Shown: positions 24,817 to 38,730, counted from the first letter of the stretch. The stretch: 64,000 nt of DNA from Lama guanicoe (GCA_013239625.1 MU054220.1:1293509-1357508), one strand, 5' to 3'. The notes: generated by a model from the sequence alone, not told the origin. Translations and numbers: made by a program.

Positions 24817-27800
24817 AACAAACACACTGCAAATCAACTATACTTCAATTAAACAATACTTTTTAAAAAGAACCTAATCACAGAATCTCAGACAGGTCTG
24901 AGACATTTGCTCCAACTGAGATCAAACAATTGAAGACCTCCAGGGCGAATCCCATTAGAAATACTCATCAAGGGACTGTCTCCTATTCCTCTCAACAGAA
25001 ACCAAAGCCAAAGGCAACTACTATACCCCAAATTTCTCAGCAACTTGCCCAGTTTTAGGAGGAAGAGGGTTTCAGTTACACCTTCTTAGCAACGACATGG
25101 GGGTTCTAATCCAACTTGTATCACAACCAAGTTGTACATCCTGCCTGGGGTGGTGGCCCTTCCTTTTATGGGAAGACTCTGTGTCCTGGGATCTCACCTT
25201 TTCTGGTGATGACACCTCAAGGGGATTCCAAGGCTCGTCCATATCAGATCACTGTCACGAAATCCTGCTGAAAAGGACCCTTTCACAAAGTCTTTCCTCT
25301 AAATCATTTCAATGTGACCCCATGTTGGGTCAGTGCATACTCTGTGTGTGGACAGAGAATGACAAAGAGGTTCATGAACCTACAATGATGATGACCACTT
25401 GATGCAACAAAACCCTGAGTCATGGGATGTCAGGATCCAAAGGACTCTAGCAATTGCTTAAACTAGGTGTGGAAATAACTCAGTGGTTAAGAGTCTTGCT
25501 CAAAGTCACTCACTTGGAAGAGGCAGACCTGGCACTAGAATCTACTTCTCCACACTCTGGAACCGGGATCCCCCTAGAGCACATGGCCTCTTCTTGTTCT
25601 CCTGGAAAGTGGGCCTCCACCTTCTTGCACCCCCTAGGCTCTTTCCACCCCCTCACCACCTCACAGAACTCTGGAATGACTGTCAAGGTGGGCAGGAAGA
25701 AATACACCTTGCGGGGAGCCATCCTGGCTGGGGTTAAGGATGGACTTGGATCTGTTTTGTTCTGTCTCTGCCTTCAGCTTCTTGCCGATGTAAAGGATTA
25801 AAATCCCACTATTCAAGTCAGGCCCACAAGGGGCTCATCACCATATGGGGGAAGGCACGCAGGACACTGCCCTCCCAAGTCAGAGCGATGGCATTGGGTA
25901 TTGCTTTAGGCAAAAGATGAGCTAGACCCAGCCCTACCTGCTCCCCTCACATCCTCTGTTCCAGCCAACTGTCCCCCTTTCCATGCTCCCTGTAGACCTT
26001 AAGAAGCTTCCTCTTGAGGATCAGTAGTTCATATCCCAACATGAAGTGTCTAGTTCAATAAACCCCTGCTGACTGTCGCCCTGAGCCAAACGCTCCGGGG
26101 ACAGAGTGATGAGTAAGACTGGAGCCCTCCCACAGTGATCTTATCATCTACCCCGGGAGACAGAACTCTGAACAGCTATGAGCCAAGGATGGGTGGAGAT
26201 GGAGGGAAAGTTCCACGGAAGCTAAAAGGAACAAGTGATCTCTTCCAAACTGACGGAGTGGGGCAGGCAACGCACTTCAGGGAGAATGTGCTTTGTGAGC
26301 AGAGCCTCTGGAAAGATGAGTGGGAAGCAGGGTTCCCATAAACTGGAGGGATGGGCGTGCCAGGAAGAGGGAAGAGATGAGTAAATGGGGAGGGAGGAAG
26401 CCGTGGGCAGACCCCGGGAGCCCCCAGCAGAAAGAGACAGCTGCAGCCTGGGGTCTGCAGGAACTCCGGGAGAAAACCCCACCGCGCAAGCTAAGGCCAC
26501 ACGTTGGAGCGAAAGCACTGTTTATGGGGTAACAAATGCCCGCTGCTCAAGGAAGACCCTGAATGCCAACTGGAAAATTCAAACGCTACAGGAGGCAGGG
26601 GGGAGCCCTGGAAGGCGCGGAGGAGGGCAGGAGACAAGGAACAGAAGGCTTTCTCGTAGGCAAAGAACTTGACCTTTGTCATCAATGTCTCCTTGATGCC
26701 AACTTTTGGCATCTGCCCCACCCACCGGGCATGTCAAGTCCATTTCCACGGCAATCCCAGTATCTGACCATCTGGATGGTGACTGACACCCACTACACTG
26801 ACCCTGCGGCATGTGCGTGTTCCCCGATGGCCTCTGGCACTCACCAGCCTTGCCTCCCACTCAGAGGCCAGCAGGCATGATTTTGTTGTTGAATTGATTG
26901 CCAACATTTGCAAATTAGGAGACACGGCATTAAGAAAATCTGAATTTTTCCAGGACAACGCTTCCCCGTGGCGACAAAGAAGCTGACTGGCAGCAGCCCC
27001 CTCTGGGCTGAGTTTGCCACCACCTCTTTTTAATCTCCGAGACTGAGTATAAACACCCAGTGTCCACTTATCTTTTAGCAGGCCACCTACCACACCCACA
27101 AAGGCCTCTGAGTTTGCCACATCAGGCACATTTACGCTGGATTTATGGGTCTCCTAGATTTCTGATCTCTCTAGCCCCAGGTCCTAATCCCTCCTCCAGA
27201 CCCCACAGCTCACCCACAAGACCCAGCACCTACTTCACTCCTCCCCGTAAACACTCAGGCCCTGGCAGACGGCACTGCGGAAAGAAATCAGAAGGCCCCT
27301 CAAGAGAGCTGGCTTAGAAGAAATTCAAGAGATCTTTATTTTCCCTTCTATTACCAACCCAGCCCTTTCCAATGACCCACTGTGTGTCAGGCCTTCTAAG
27401 CAGGGCTTCAGGAATTCAGCTGAAGAAGATGAGATCCCTGCCTGGGCCAGGTCTGGTGAGTCTGGACAAACTCCAGGGAGACCTGGCTTGGCTGCCACTC
27501 AGAATGAACGAAAGAACAACGCAGCTCAGGCGTGAAACTTAGCAATCCACATACATTTTGCGACCAAATGTTCAACAAGCTAGTAAATGAGGCAGCAGGG
27601 GTAGTCTTTCAGAATAGGGTGGATGTTCAGTCTCCAACACTTCATGCTTCTCAGAATCAGCTGTTTGTGACGCGTGCGAGGAAATTTACTCTGGTGCTTT
27701 GATCTTAGAGACACAGAGACAGAGAAAGAGAAGGCTGGTCATGGTAGAAAAATAGAAAAGAAATGTAAGTGTGATTCCTGTCTTCGGTGAGTAAACAGCC

Positions 27801-30800
27801 TAGTTGAGGATCAAAACATTGAACCCTGCAGATTAATGAAGTCACTAATACAGGTGTGGGAGGAATGTGAACACAGGCTGGGGTCCAGGCGGGAAGCCGG
27901 CTGGATGAGGTGCACTGGAGCTGGATATGGAAAGATTATCTGAACCGAGGAGGTGGGCTGGGGGGCCCAAATAACCAAAATTCTGTTCGATTAATCATCA
28001 GGGCCTCCCTCTGTAAAAAAATACTGTAGATCTAGTAAGATTGGGAAGCATTAAATCTCACTTTGGTAAGAATGAACGTCCAAAATCCCATGGAACACTC
28101 TGGTTCAGAAAGCCACAGATTTAGCCTGTGAATGGGTTTTCCACTTGGCAAGACAGCTCCTCATCTCTCAGTGATAATACAAAGAAATGAATGGGCATTC
28201 GTATCAGGGAAATTCCTGGTGATTATTAGGATGGAAAAGAAAGAGATGCGGGTGGAGGAAGCAAGAGTATTAACTGGCGGCAGGCACCCTCTGGTTTTAA
28301 TTCTGACCAAGGCAACAACTGTTTTGCTCAAGTTGGGGTGAGTTCCAGCAAGGGCTACCAAGCTGCAACAACACTGAATTGCTACACTTTCAATAGTCAT
28401 TTTTCTTGATTTTCTTACTCTTAATTTCTCCTCCAAACTCCGGTCACCGTTTAACACACAGCCATTTTTTCCTCCCCGGTAAGCAAATCAACCCGTACCA
28501 CTTGGACAAAACTGATGACAGCATGTCCCCACTGCTCTGTCCCACAATGTATTCAGCCCCGTCTCATACCACGTGACCCCAAGCCGCCACACCCCTCTCC
28601 CCGCCCCATTACCCCAGCCAGGCCCACCCCCACCAACCTCCTCTCGGCTCACCCACTCCCCCTGCACCTTCCCCAGGAAGGGTCCGGGATTCAGCCATTT
28701 CCATACTTCTTTCTTTGTCTGTCACTCACACACACACACATGTGCAGAGGAACTCTTCTCCTTGAACCAAAATCCATAAATGAAATGAACCCAAGCTACT
28801 CCGGAGAAAGCAAAGATGGAGGTCTACCAGCCTCCATCACTTTGTCTTGGGGCTGCCCCCACCTCCACCCCTGACCACGGAGTCTCAAAAAAGCACTATT
28901 CAAGTCAAACATCTTCAGCTTACAGGTGCAGAATCAGAACCCCAGAGAGGGAAAGTGTCTGGCCCAAGGATACACAGTACCTGAGAATCAGGACGGAAGC
29001 CAAGTTCTCAACTCACCCGACCAGTACTCTTTCCACTGCTCTCATCTTAACCATCTGACATAACCAGCGCTCACGCAGAACGACCAGGTACGTCTCTAAG
29101 ACCTCTCCACAGAGGAACATGTTTAATCCCCGTAACAGTCTGAGGTCATAGGTTCTCTGAACTCTCCTCATCTCACAGAGTAGGTAACTGAGGCACAGAG
29201 AGATTAAGGAGCTTGGCCAAGGTCATGGAGCTGGTAAATGGCAGAGCAGGGGGTCTGAGCCCAGGCAGCCCGGCTCCATCCATACCCATGGTCCTTAAGC
29301 AGTTTGCCAGAAGGAATCACTTGTTGCCTTTAAGCAGAAAAGGGAATATCGTATTCTCAACCATTTTACAAATAAAGTATACCCAGTGTTTCCCTTAAAA
29401 AGCAAAGCAAAGACCCACAAAAATGAAAATTTTAAACAAGAACACAGGAGACTGCAGTGGAAGCCTAGCCGTGAGGTTTCCTCCTCAGGGCACTGCGTGC
29501 ATGGGGTTGGGGAGGGTGGAGCGGGGCGACTACATGTTAATTTACACAGGAGCCCCAATTTTTTTAACCTGTCCACAATGCATCTGTCCTTTGCGCACTT
29601 GCATTTTGGCTTCATCCCCACCCCTGGTGCCCCAAACCCAGTGGCCAGCCTGCCCTTTGGGGATATTTCTCTGAATCTGGGGATCTTTCTTCATCCAACT
29701 CTGGCATGTGCCCCTCAAAGTAAAATCAGGTAAACCAGAGGAGAGCCGTCCAAACCCCCCGCTTCTTTACTGTTTCATTCACTTGGCCACAGAGACTGAT
29801 CGTAGCCCATGGGCACGTCCACACCAAAGGCCCCTCCAAAAGCCCCAAACAGCTGGCAACGGCCAAACCGACACATGGCTTGGTTTTCAGAGGGTTTTGA
29901 AACCTCTGCCCGCTCAGCCGCTGAGCCACGTTGGGCACCTGGGCTGCGTTGGCTGCTTGCAACAAGCATTTGCTCTGCACCCAGACAGCACCAAGCTCAG
30001 TTGTGAGACTTTCAGATGTGAGCTCAGTGGCGGACAGACGTGGACAAGGTCTCATGCTCCGGGGAACCCCAGGTGTCCTAAGAAGGAAAGGGGGCCACAC
30101 CCAACAAGAGGTTGGGAGAGACGAGACAATCCCACAGCAGCAAGGGACAAAGAGCATCCTTCTTTTCCATGCCCAGCCCTCCACCACCACCACCAAAAAC
30201 TAGGGGATGTCAAGCCACAAGCCAAGGTGACTGACTCAAATCCGGCCACTTCCACATTTGCATAATGCATTCTGATATTTGGCTACCATCTAACGGTCAC
30301 CATATAAGATACGAGGTGGAGACCTCCCCACAAAGCAAAATTTATTGTCTTTGGATCACCACTGGCTAAACCGTCCTGAAATTTCACCAAACTCAGCTCT
30401 GTAAAACAAACAGAAAAGAATGCCACTATAAATCACAGTCGAACCAGGATCTCAGGACCTGCCCATACTTTGTACTTTCTCATTTTTATATACATATTGA
30501 AACAGTACGGAAACAGGGTGATCTCAGAAACTATGCCATTTTGATACTCACATGACAAAACCCAATTATTTATCTCACTTTATACTAATTATCTCAAATA
30601 CATAGTTCCCTTGCCTTTAACAAAAATATCGCTATTTTAAAACAATATGTGATGTAAAGCGAAAAGAACAGGGTACCAAGACAAACTCTTTCCTGCAAAA
30701 TTTATGGTTCCTCTTCTGTCACCAGTTGTACACCCAGGTTTGTTGCTATGTTCACAACACAGGCTACAAATTCTAAAGACCTGTATTAATCTCTCAACTG

Positions 30801-32140
30801 TATGCAGTGAGATAAGGCATGCTTAGCTGCTGATTTTTAAAAGCAAATCAACCTTTCACAAATAATTTATTAAGATGAATAATTAGTTAGGAAAAGCTGG
30901 CAACATTCAACACCGTGGCAGGGGATGGGGGGTGGTGAACCGAAACGTTCCTACGTCGCCGGCTGATGCCTTGGAATACACTATTGGTACCCTAGCAAAA
31001 TGCCAATCACAACGTTTTTTTTACCCCTTCACCTAGGTCAGCAGATGTTACTTTAAGGCTTGGGCAAAGGAGTTTGCTGAACGGTCAACATCGGGAGTCA
31101 GGCAGCTTACTGAAAGCTCTCTGGTCCACTCAACGCAATTAACTCCTCTCCGTCTCAGAGAAAAGAAGTGGTTGTTGGTTTGAGGGCCATGGGGGGGGTC
31201 CTCAAATCTTTTTGCCACTCTTTAATTTAGTTTTTTTAAAGTTTCAAGGAGCTCATTTAATAATGGACAGCTATCAGATAACTACAAACGTGCACAATAT
31301 TCTCTAAGTCCAAAGACGTCTTCCAAAAATAACACTTCTTAGGGTCACTACCTTAAGTCAGAATCAGTTAACATGAGGGCAGGAAGTCACCCCAGGTTTG
31401 CAACTTTCTTTGCTATGGTCCCTGATTTTTGCAAGCAGGGCTCTGGGGGCGGTGGGGGAGAAACTGGGCGGGAGGGGTGGGGGTGGCGGGGGACGGACTC
31501 TAGACTGGTGAAGTGAGAGGTCTCGAGTCAGGCAGGCACCTGCCCAGCAGGGTCAGGTTAGATGAGAATGAACCACGAAGGTGAAGGCCAAGTGCCCACC
31601 TCACCCCTGCCACCTCCACGTTCCTGAACAGAGGTTGCCCCACAGGCAGGACAAGAACAGGGAGATTGGGAGCCAACAGCCTGACTCAAAAGGTCCCCTG
31701 GGAGGGGCCTCCCCACCCCCAACACACACACACACACCCCAGGAGGCGTGGAGAGATGGGTAACTTGACTCCGGAGAGGCAGGGGAAAGGGAGGCCTCGG
31801 CCTTACTCTCCCAGGTATCTGACCCTCCCCCCCTGCGGCAGCTGCCAGGTGCCATTTGCATGAATGAAGACCGTGGTCAGTTGGTACCTGCGAGCGAACA
31901 AAGCAGGAAGTACGAGGGCTGTCTGTCACTTAGGCAAAGCCAAAGCTCACGAAACCTAACTAAAGGGAGCGCCCTGTCCCCGCCCTTCAGGAGGAGGGGC
32001 TTGCCAGCCCCAACCCATCCCCCTCACCGGCACTGACAAAGGATCTTGTTCCCGCTGAACCTGTTTCTCGGCGCCTGTCTCGAGTCTCCAAGGGGATTGG
32101 ATTTATATTTTTAATTAGCTGCTTTCCACATAATTTTTTT

Positions 32141-32184
32141 TAATATTTTTTATTGATTTATAATCATTTTACAATGTTGTGTCA
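32141..32184 (-). mobile_element. Extremely truncated L1 terminus with 13-bp TSD
   Basis: TTTTTTATTGATTTATAATCATTTTACAATGTTGTGTCA flanked by ACATAATTTTTTT at 32128-32140 and 32185-32197. Confidence 0.7.
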
Positions 32185-32623
32185 ACATAATTTTTTTAAG
32201 TTTTAGTATTACCTGTATGTGGGAAGAAAGAAGATATAAGCCATGTAAAGAGAAGTCCCCCTGCCACCTCAGAGTCCCGGGACCCCACAGCCTCACCCCA
32301 GGGTCTTCACTGCTAAGATTCCTGCCAACTCTCCCAAGGCAGGCCCGGGGCTTCATGCCGCTCACGTGCCGCCCCCGCCCCGGCCCCCGCCCCCAGCACC
32401 CAGCCTCAGCAGCATCCCTCGGTGTGTAACATGGGCCTGGCACTTTGCTCAGGCTTTGTAAAATGGGTTCTCAACAAACTGATTGAACAGAGGATCTGCA
32501 TACTCGGGGTGATCAAGCCATCTCAACAAGGAAGGTGATTTAAAAAAAAACAGAGGTGGCCACTCCAACTAATTACTTCTACTGTCCATGTCTGCAGAAC
32601 ATCATTATTCACAAATCACAGAC

Positions 32624-32772
32624 TTTTTTTAATTTACTGAACAATTATTCTTATTTTGGGGGTAGGTGGTAATTAGGCTTATTTATTTACTTTTAAATGC
32701 AGGTACTGGGGATTGAACCCAGGATCTCGTGCATGCTAGGCATGCAGTCTACCACTGAGCAATACCCTCCCC
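32624..32772 (-). mobile_element. Vic-1-like SINE
   Basis: Reverse-complement head (GGGGATTGAACCCAGG...CTACCACTGAGCAATACCCTCCCC). TSD ATCACAGAC at 32615-32623 and 32773-32781. Confidence 0.9.
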
Positions 32773-33079
32773 ATCACAGACATTTTTTTAGCAAGGAGCA
32801 AGCACCTATAGCATCTATGCATTCCTATTTTATTTAGCCCATGAGGCATATTTTTATCTCCTCATCTTAGAGGTGAGAAAGGGGAAACTCAGAGATGATC
32901 GCCCAGGGCTGTCATCCAGCTGAGTCCCAGGTTCTACTGCCCCTCCAGGGATCATTCACACCCACTCCCTGCCCCAGGGGGTCCTTACTGCCCCTGCCAC
33001 ACTGATCTGCATTAATGCCATTACCCAAAAAGGTTCCAGGCTTCTGTCCTTTCCTACGATAGTGGTGATAATAAAGTTC

Positions 33080-33320
33080 ACTTGTAGGGTCAGCTGCCTG
33101 GGCTCAAATCTTGGATCTACCACTTAATACTTTGTGACCTTAAGCAAATGTCTTAATCTTTTTAAGGTAAATTACTTAATCTTTTTCACCTGTATAAAGA
33201 GTGTGTCCCTTATCTGTCTGCCTTGTGCATTCATTAAGATAATGTACATAAAGTTTACCACGGTGAGGGGTACAGAGTCAGTATTCCTGTAACATCCACC
33301 ACCATCATCATTATTATTAT
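33080..33320 (+). mobile_element. MIR SINE
   Basis: TGCCTGGGCTCAAATCTTGGATCTACCACTTA...TGTGACCTTAAGCAA. Confidence 0.65.
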
Positions 33321-34744
33321 TACCATCACCTTCATCCTTAGCACAATGCAGACAGAGCCAAGCACACAGGCACAGTGCTTAACACCAGACAAATGCTTCC
33401 ACACTCATCTTCATTTTCTCATGAGGATCCTGTGAGGCTGGCAGTGCAGGAGTCAGGGTACCCATTTTAAAGACGAGGCTACTGAGATGCAGAAAAGTGA
33501 CTTACACAGTTGTGGCCAGAACTCAAGCCCCACATGAGCCAAATCCCAAGTCCCAAGCTCTTCCCCCTTCCCATGCTGTCTTCTACCCTACGAGGGTTCC
33601 AGGAGCTCCTGTTAGGGCTGTCTGGTTTTATGTTGGGGCGCAGGCTCAGGCATCACCCAGTGGGGGAAGTCCCTTAGCCTCTCCAGGCCCATTTCTTCAT
33701 CAATACCATCTGCTCCTCCTCTCTGACACTCTCCAGAGTTGCCATGAAGATAAAGAATGAGAAGTAGCTGCAAAGAGCAAACAGTGCTCACTGGTCTGTC
33801 CACGGTGGGCGGTCTGTCCCCACCCCAGGAACCCTACAAACCACAAGCAGGAAGGGGAGCTTTGCTCAAACCACGTGTGTGACACGAAGGTCAATTCAAG
33901 CCACTCAAGACCTCCAATTGAGCCAGCCTAGCTTCCTTTGAAACCCACAAAACGGTGGCTGCAAAAGCAAACAGACCTGTCTCCTGGTGGATCCTAATCC
34001 GGAAAGGCACGCCATGTGGTGGACACAGGGTGGAGCCGGCCTCCCCACAAACTAGCTGGAGGATCTTACACAAGTCATCTTACCATTATTTCAAAATTGA
34101 GCTATACTCTGCTCCATCCACCAAATATTTACAGTGGCTTAGAATAATACAAACAACACAAAAGAATAAATAGTCAAGGGAATCAGGCCGAGAGAAAAAT
34201 AAGTGAAAGGAAAATAATAAAGCCAGGGTGAGATGAGCAGAGAGAAATCCGTTCCCTATGGTTCCTTCCTGCAGAAGTGTCAAGGTGGGACCCAGACCTA
34301 GCTCTCAGGTGCTTGGTAACCAAAGCTGAAGGGAAACGCGATCGGCCACGAGATTATCAGTGCCCAGACCAGGAAAACAGACCAGCTGCTCTGGAGAAGC
34401 ACGTCTTCCCCTGCCTGATTCAGAGCCTCAGAAAGGTTTCTCCATCAGACCTTCCCAAAGGGACATAACAGCAGAGCAACAAGTCCCCACCCGAGACCCC
34501 AGTGTCTCTGCCAGGAGCTCCTTACTTCACCTGCTCCTCTTGCAACTCAAAGGCATAATCCAAAATGGACAATTCAGCCAACGTGGGCATGTCACTTTAC
34601 TCCTTAGCACCTCAGTTACCTAATCTGTAAAATGGTCCACCTCACTGACCAGGCTGTCGTGAGGGTTACACAGGATAATGTGCGATAACTCATACACCTG
34701 ACACAGAGCAGGTCCTCCATAAAAGTCAGTTCATCGCTTTCACA

Positions 34745-34860
34745 AGAAGGAAAGTTCCTCCAGGGTAGGGCTCTTAGTCTGAATTGGTCATTGATTTATC
34801 CCAAGCACCTAGCATGGTCACTGGCATATAGTAATTATTCAGTAAGTGTTTGTTGAATTA
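34745..34860 (+). mobile_element. L2 3' terminus
   Basis: AAGTTCCTCCAGGGTAGGG...TATCCCAAGCACCTAGCA...TGGCATATAGTA...TTTGTTGAAT. Confidence 0.65.
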
Positions 34861-36934
34861 CTTAATTTTCTGCAGCGGGTTCCTGAAAACACTAGTCTCA
34901 TGAGATACTTCTAAAAGGAAAGAGAAACAGATACAATGTAAAACAAAAATCTAGGGGAAAGGAGGTAAGAGTCATAGAGTCATAAGCATACAGAAGGTTC
35001 TTACAAGTCTTCTAAGAAACACATCTTCATTTTGTTTCATTTCATTTAGCCCAAAGTTCTCAAAATTTGCTTGATCACAAACCTCCTCTTTATCTTCCAC
35101 AGAATGGGAAACAGACCCACAAGTGTTCTCAAGACCCTTGGGGGACTCTAACTGACCCTAAGAAGGAAAGGGGGGCCACCCGAGAGATACGACATGGTCC
35201 CATAACAGCCAAGGAACAAAGAGCATCACCCCCTGTCCAGGCTAAACCCCTCTGTCTGGACACATGGACATTCTGGCTAACCCTGAACCTTCCAGAACCC
35301 ACTTGTTCAGCCAGACCAACCCCCAGCCTCCTGGCTCAGGGTCACCTGCATGCAGAGAAACACCCAATTCAAAGCAAGGATTCCAGAGTCTAGGACAGGG
35401 GGAGAGCCGTCACCACTCCAGGGAAGGCAGTCCTTTCTTGGAAGAGGGTGCAGGAGGAGAATCTGGGTATGTGTCGGTCCAGGAGTCCCTGGGTGGCAGC
35501 CCGCAGGGTGATCACATGTTTCTGTTTAGCTCACTAAGCTGAGAGGCCACCTGGCAACGGGCTCTCCTCGCTGACACTCTCACTGCCCGCCTCTGGAGGT
35601 GCCACTACACCAGCTCCCAGAGAGCTGGGGGTGGGAGGGCACAGGAGGTCAGGCCATCTGAATAACTGGCAGCCCCTCCCCCACACGACCCAGGGCTCTC
35701 CTGGGCACCCACAGGGCTTGCCAGGCCGGAAATGATTAACAAATGTTTACTGAGCACTTCCAGGCAGCAGAGGGCTGTTCCCAGCCTCAGCTCCACCCCG
35801 GCAGGTTCTGGTGCCCAGTCATTCGTGAAACAATTGTTAAGTATCTACCTAGTACCGAGTACCAAGTATCTGCACAGGCTTCCCTCTGAACCGTGTCCTT
35901 GACCTCGGACTGCCTGCTGTCCACCCCTAACGTGGACCTACACAGGACCAGGATCATGGTCCTCCTAGTTCTAGCTGCCCAGTCCATGTGTCTGAAAGAC
36001 ATTAACGTGGCCCAGAGGTGAACATAGGCCCAAATGTTGTTTAACACCACTTGTCATTACCTTCTGCCCCACGGGGCTTGACATCTTGAATGCAACCCTG
36101 AACGGCACGGTCAGCAACCCCGTGTGCAGGTACAGGCTACGAGCCGGGGATCGGAAGGTGAGTGAGACCCCGGAGGCCTCTTCTCCCAAGGCCATTCCCG
36201 TTCCCATCTCTGCCCCACCCCTACCCTGCGTTGTTCTGCCGTCTGGGAGGTCCTCCCTGAAGGTGGCATCTGCTGTTACAATGGACGGAGCGGCTGCCCT
36301 TCCTCTACCCTCCACATCATGAGGTCCCTGACTGCAGGGACCACATCCTCCATCCCTTCTCCCCAGGGACTGAGCACAGGGCTTGGCACGGAGCAGCCTC
36401 AGGGGAGGGAGCGTGCAGACTGAACAGGAGGGGCAGTCAACACTGTGGGTGGTGGACCTTCCAGCAAAGCCTCCTAGATGCCAACCTTGCCAACAGCACC
36501 TCAGGGCTGTGGCTGATTCGATTAGCATCACTCAGAGGGAGGGTGCGGACAAGCAAGCTGACCTGCAAGGTTGTTACTAGCAAAGCATTCACAGAAAAAG
36601 AAATGAGGGGCAAACTGGGGCCGCACAGCACTCACCCAGTTACATGTGCTTCAGTGCTTCCCACCCCACACCCCCGCCAACTGCTGTCGACCTGGACTCA
36701 CGTGACCCCCAAGGAGCCACCTAAACACACAAACACACACACACACACATAAACACACGCGAAGGGAAATGGCTACGCCTCTCAGTCATGTCAACAGAGG
36801 TGACCTAAATCTTCCTGCCTGCACTTTCCAGCAGTCTCCCCTTTAATAGATATTTTTTTAAAAACTGAACATCGGTTGATTACTACCTTCCAGTGTAGAG
36901 GAAAGAATACTGTAAGCTTTGCATTTCTCAGAAA

Positions 36935-37410
36935 CAAGTTCAAATCCTGGCTTTGCCACTCCCTCCCTGTGTGACCTTGGCAAGTCACTAGACCTCTCTG
37001 AGCCTCAGTTTCCACCTCTGTAAAATAAGAAACCCTACCACAACTTTGAGGGTGTTGTGAGTGTTCAATGAAACAGTCAGAGAAGACGCCTGGCAGGGAG
37101 TCTGGCCTCAGTCTGGGCTTCACAGATGCTCACCACTTCCCCCTCCTGGGTCATTCTTCAGAGCTGGGCCCAAACAAAGGCAAGAAGCCCAGTGGGCAGA
37201 GCCCCACTCTGGAGCCCACTGCCCAGGTTCTAATCCTGAGTCACCACTCCCAGCTGTGTGACGTGAGATGAGGTACCTGATCTCTCTGGGCCTCCTCTGC
37301 AAAAGGAGGGTAATGATACCCAGCCCTTGGAGTGCTCTCGTTCGTGATAATGAAAGTTCTGAGAGCAGGACTTGGCACACAGGAAGCCCTCAGTATGCAT
37401 ATCAGCTACA
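36935..37410 (+). mobile_element. Two tandem MIR SINE fragments
   Basis: GTTCAAATCCTGGCTTTGCCAC...GTGACCTTGGCAAGTCAC...CTGAGCCTCAGTTTCC, with a second copy from ~37200. Confidence 0.7.
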
Positions 37411-37694
37411 ATAACCCCAAACCAGGCGTGTTGCTCTCCACAGGTAACAGAAGGTTTCCGCTTACCTTATCTCCCTGGGTCCACCCAACTCCTCCTGGAG
37501 GCAGGCAGGGTGGGTGTCAGTGAGTTCCTGGGAGAACTCTGCCCACCCTACAGGGGAGCGGCTGTCCTCTGGCCCTGAAAGTGTTTTGTTTGGTTAATCT
37601 GAGTCAATCGTTTTTAAAAGCAGGAGTTTCAACATTAAAAACTATTTCCAGCTTTCCTTGGAAAAAGAATCATAACTGACCACCCTAGGATCCC

Positions 37695-37850
37695 TAGGGT
37701 TCAAATCCTGGCTCCCACATGGACTAGTTAGTTGTGTGTCGTCCCAGATTCCTCAACTCTCAAATGAGGATTGAAAATCAGAGATTCCTCATCAGGTTGT
37801 AGTGAGGATTGAGTGAGGTGGTATTTGTAAAGCAGAAACAGCAGTGCTTG
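37695..37850 (+). mobile_element. MIR SINE (interrupted by L1M)
   Basis: GGGTTCAAATCCTGGCTCC...CTCATCAGGTTGTAGTGAGGATTGAGTGAG. Confidence 0.65.
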
Positions 37851-38385
37851 AATGGACAGGGGTGATGAGTGCACAACACTATGGGCGTACACAATGCCAC
37901 TGAATGACACACATAAAACGGCTAAAATCAGACAGAGAAAGGAAAACACCACATGATATCACTTACATGTAGACTCTAAAAAAAGAAAACCGACACAAAG
38001 AAACTTATTTACAGAACAGAGACAGACTCACAGGCATAGAAAACAAACTTATGGTTACCAGGAGGAAAAAGGGGTGGGTTGGGATAAACTGGGAGTTAGG
38101 GATTTGCAGATAGTGACTACTGACTACTGACACTATATATAAAACAGATAAACCACAAGGTCCTGATGGACAGCACAGGGAACTATATTCAATACCTTGT
38201 AATGGCCTATAATGAAAAAGAACATGAAAAGGAATATATATGTGTGTGTGTAAATAAATCACCATGCTGTACACTAGAAATTAACACAACACTGTGAATC
38301 GACTATACTTCAACTAAAAAAAAATTTTAATGGCTAAAATGCTAAATTTTATGTTATGTATATTTTACTACAATTAAAAACAACA
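37850..38385 (+). mobile_element. Older L1M (L1MB-like) 3' end split by the younger L1
   Basis: GGTGATGAGTGCACAACAC...AATGCCACTGAA...AAAACGGCTAAAAT // GCTAAATTTTATGTTATGTATATTTTACTACAATTAAAAA. Confidence 0.75.
37929..38330 (+). mobile_element. L1 3' region inserted into an older L1M fragment
   Basis: ATGATATCACTTACATGT...AAACAAACTTATGGTTACCA...GACTATACTTCAA plus A tail. TSD GGCTAAAAT at 37920-37928 and 38332-38340. Confidence 0.9.
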
Positions 38386-38445
38386 ACAAACACAGTACCC
38401 AACACATTTTAAATTACTGTGTCAATTTAAAGGCAGGCGTGCTCC

Positions 38446-38730
38446 AGACACAGAATACAACCTTATGGTTACCAATGGGGAATAGGAATGGGGGAGGGAT
38501 AAATTAGGAGTTTGGGATTGGCAGATACAAACTACTACACACAAAACAGGTAAACAACAAGGTCCTACCGTATAGCACAGGGAATCACTGGCAATATCCT
38601 ATAATGAACCATAATGGAAAAGAATATGAAAAAGAATATGTATGTATCTGTATAACTGAATCATTTTGCTGTACCCAGAAACTAACGCAACATTGTAAAC
38701 CAACTATATTAAAATTTTTTAAATAAAACT
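38446..38730 (+). mobile_element. L1 3' region, second copy
   Basis: CTTATGGTTACCAATGGG...GGGATAAATTAGGAGTTTGGGATT...GTATAGCACAGGGAA...CATTGTAAACCAACTATA. Confidence 0.88.

Noticed and set aside
29708..30265. 185-aa ORF (likewise 35971-36531 and 49690-50220)
   Set aside because: No recognisable domain, no supporting exon structure, and overlapping ORFs on both strands; consistent with chance in GC-rich intron.
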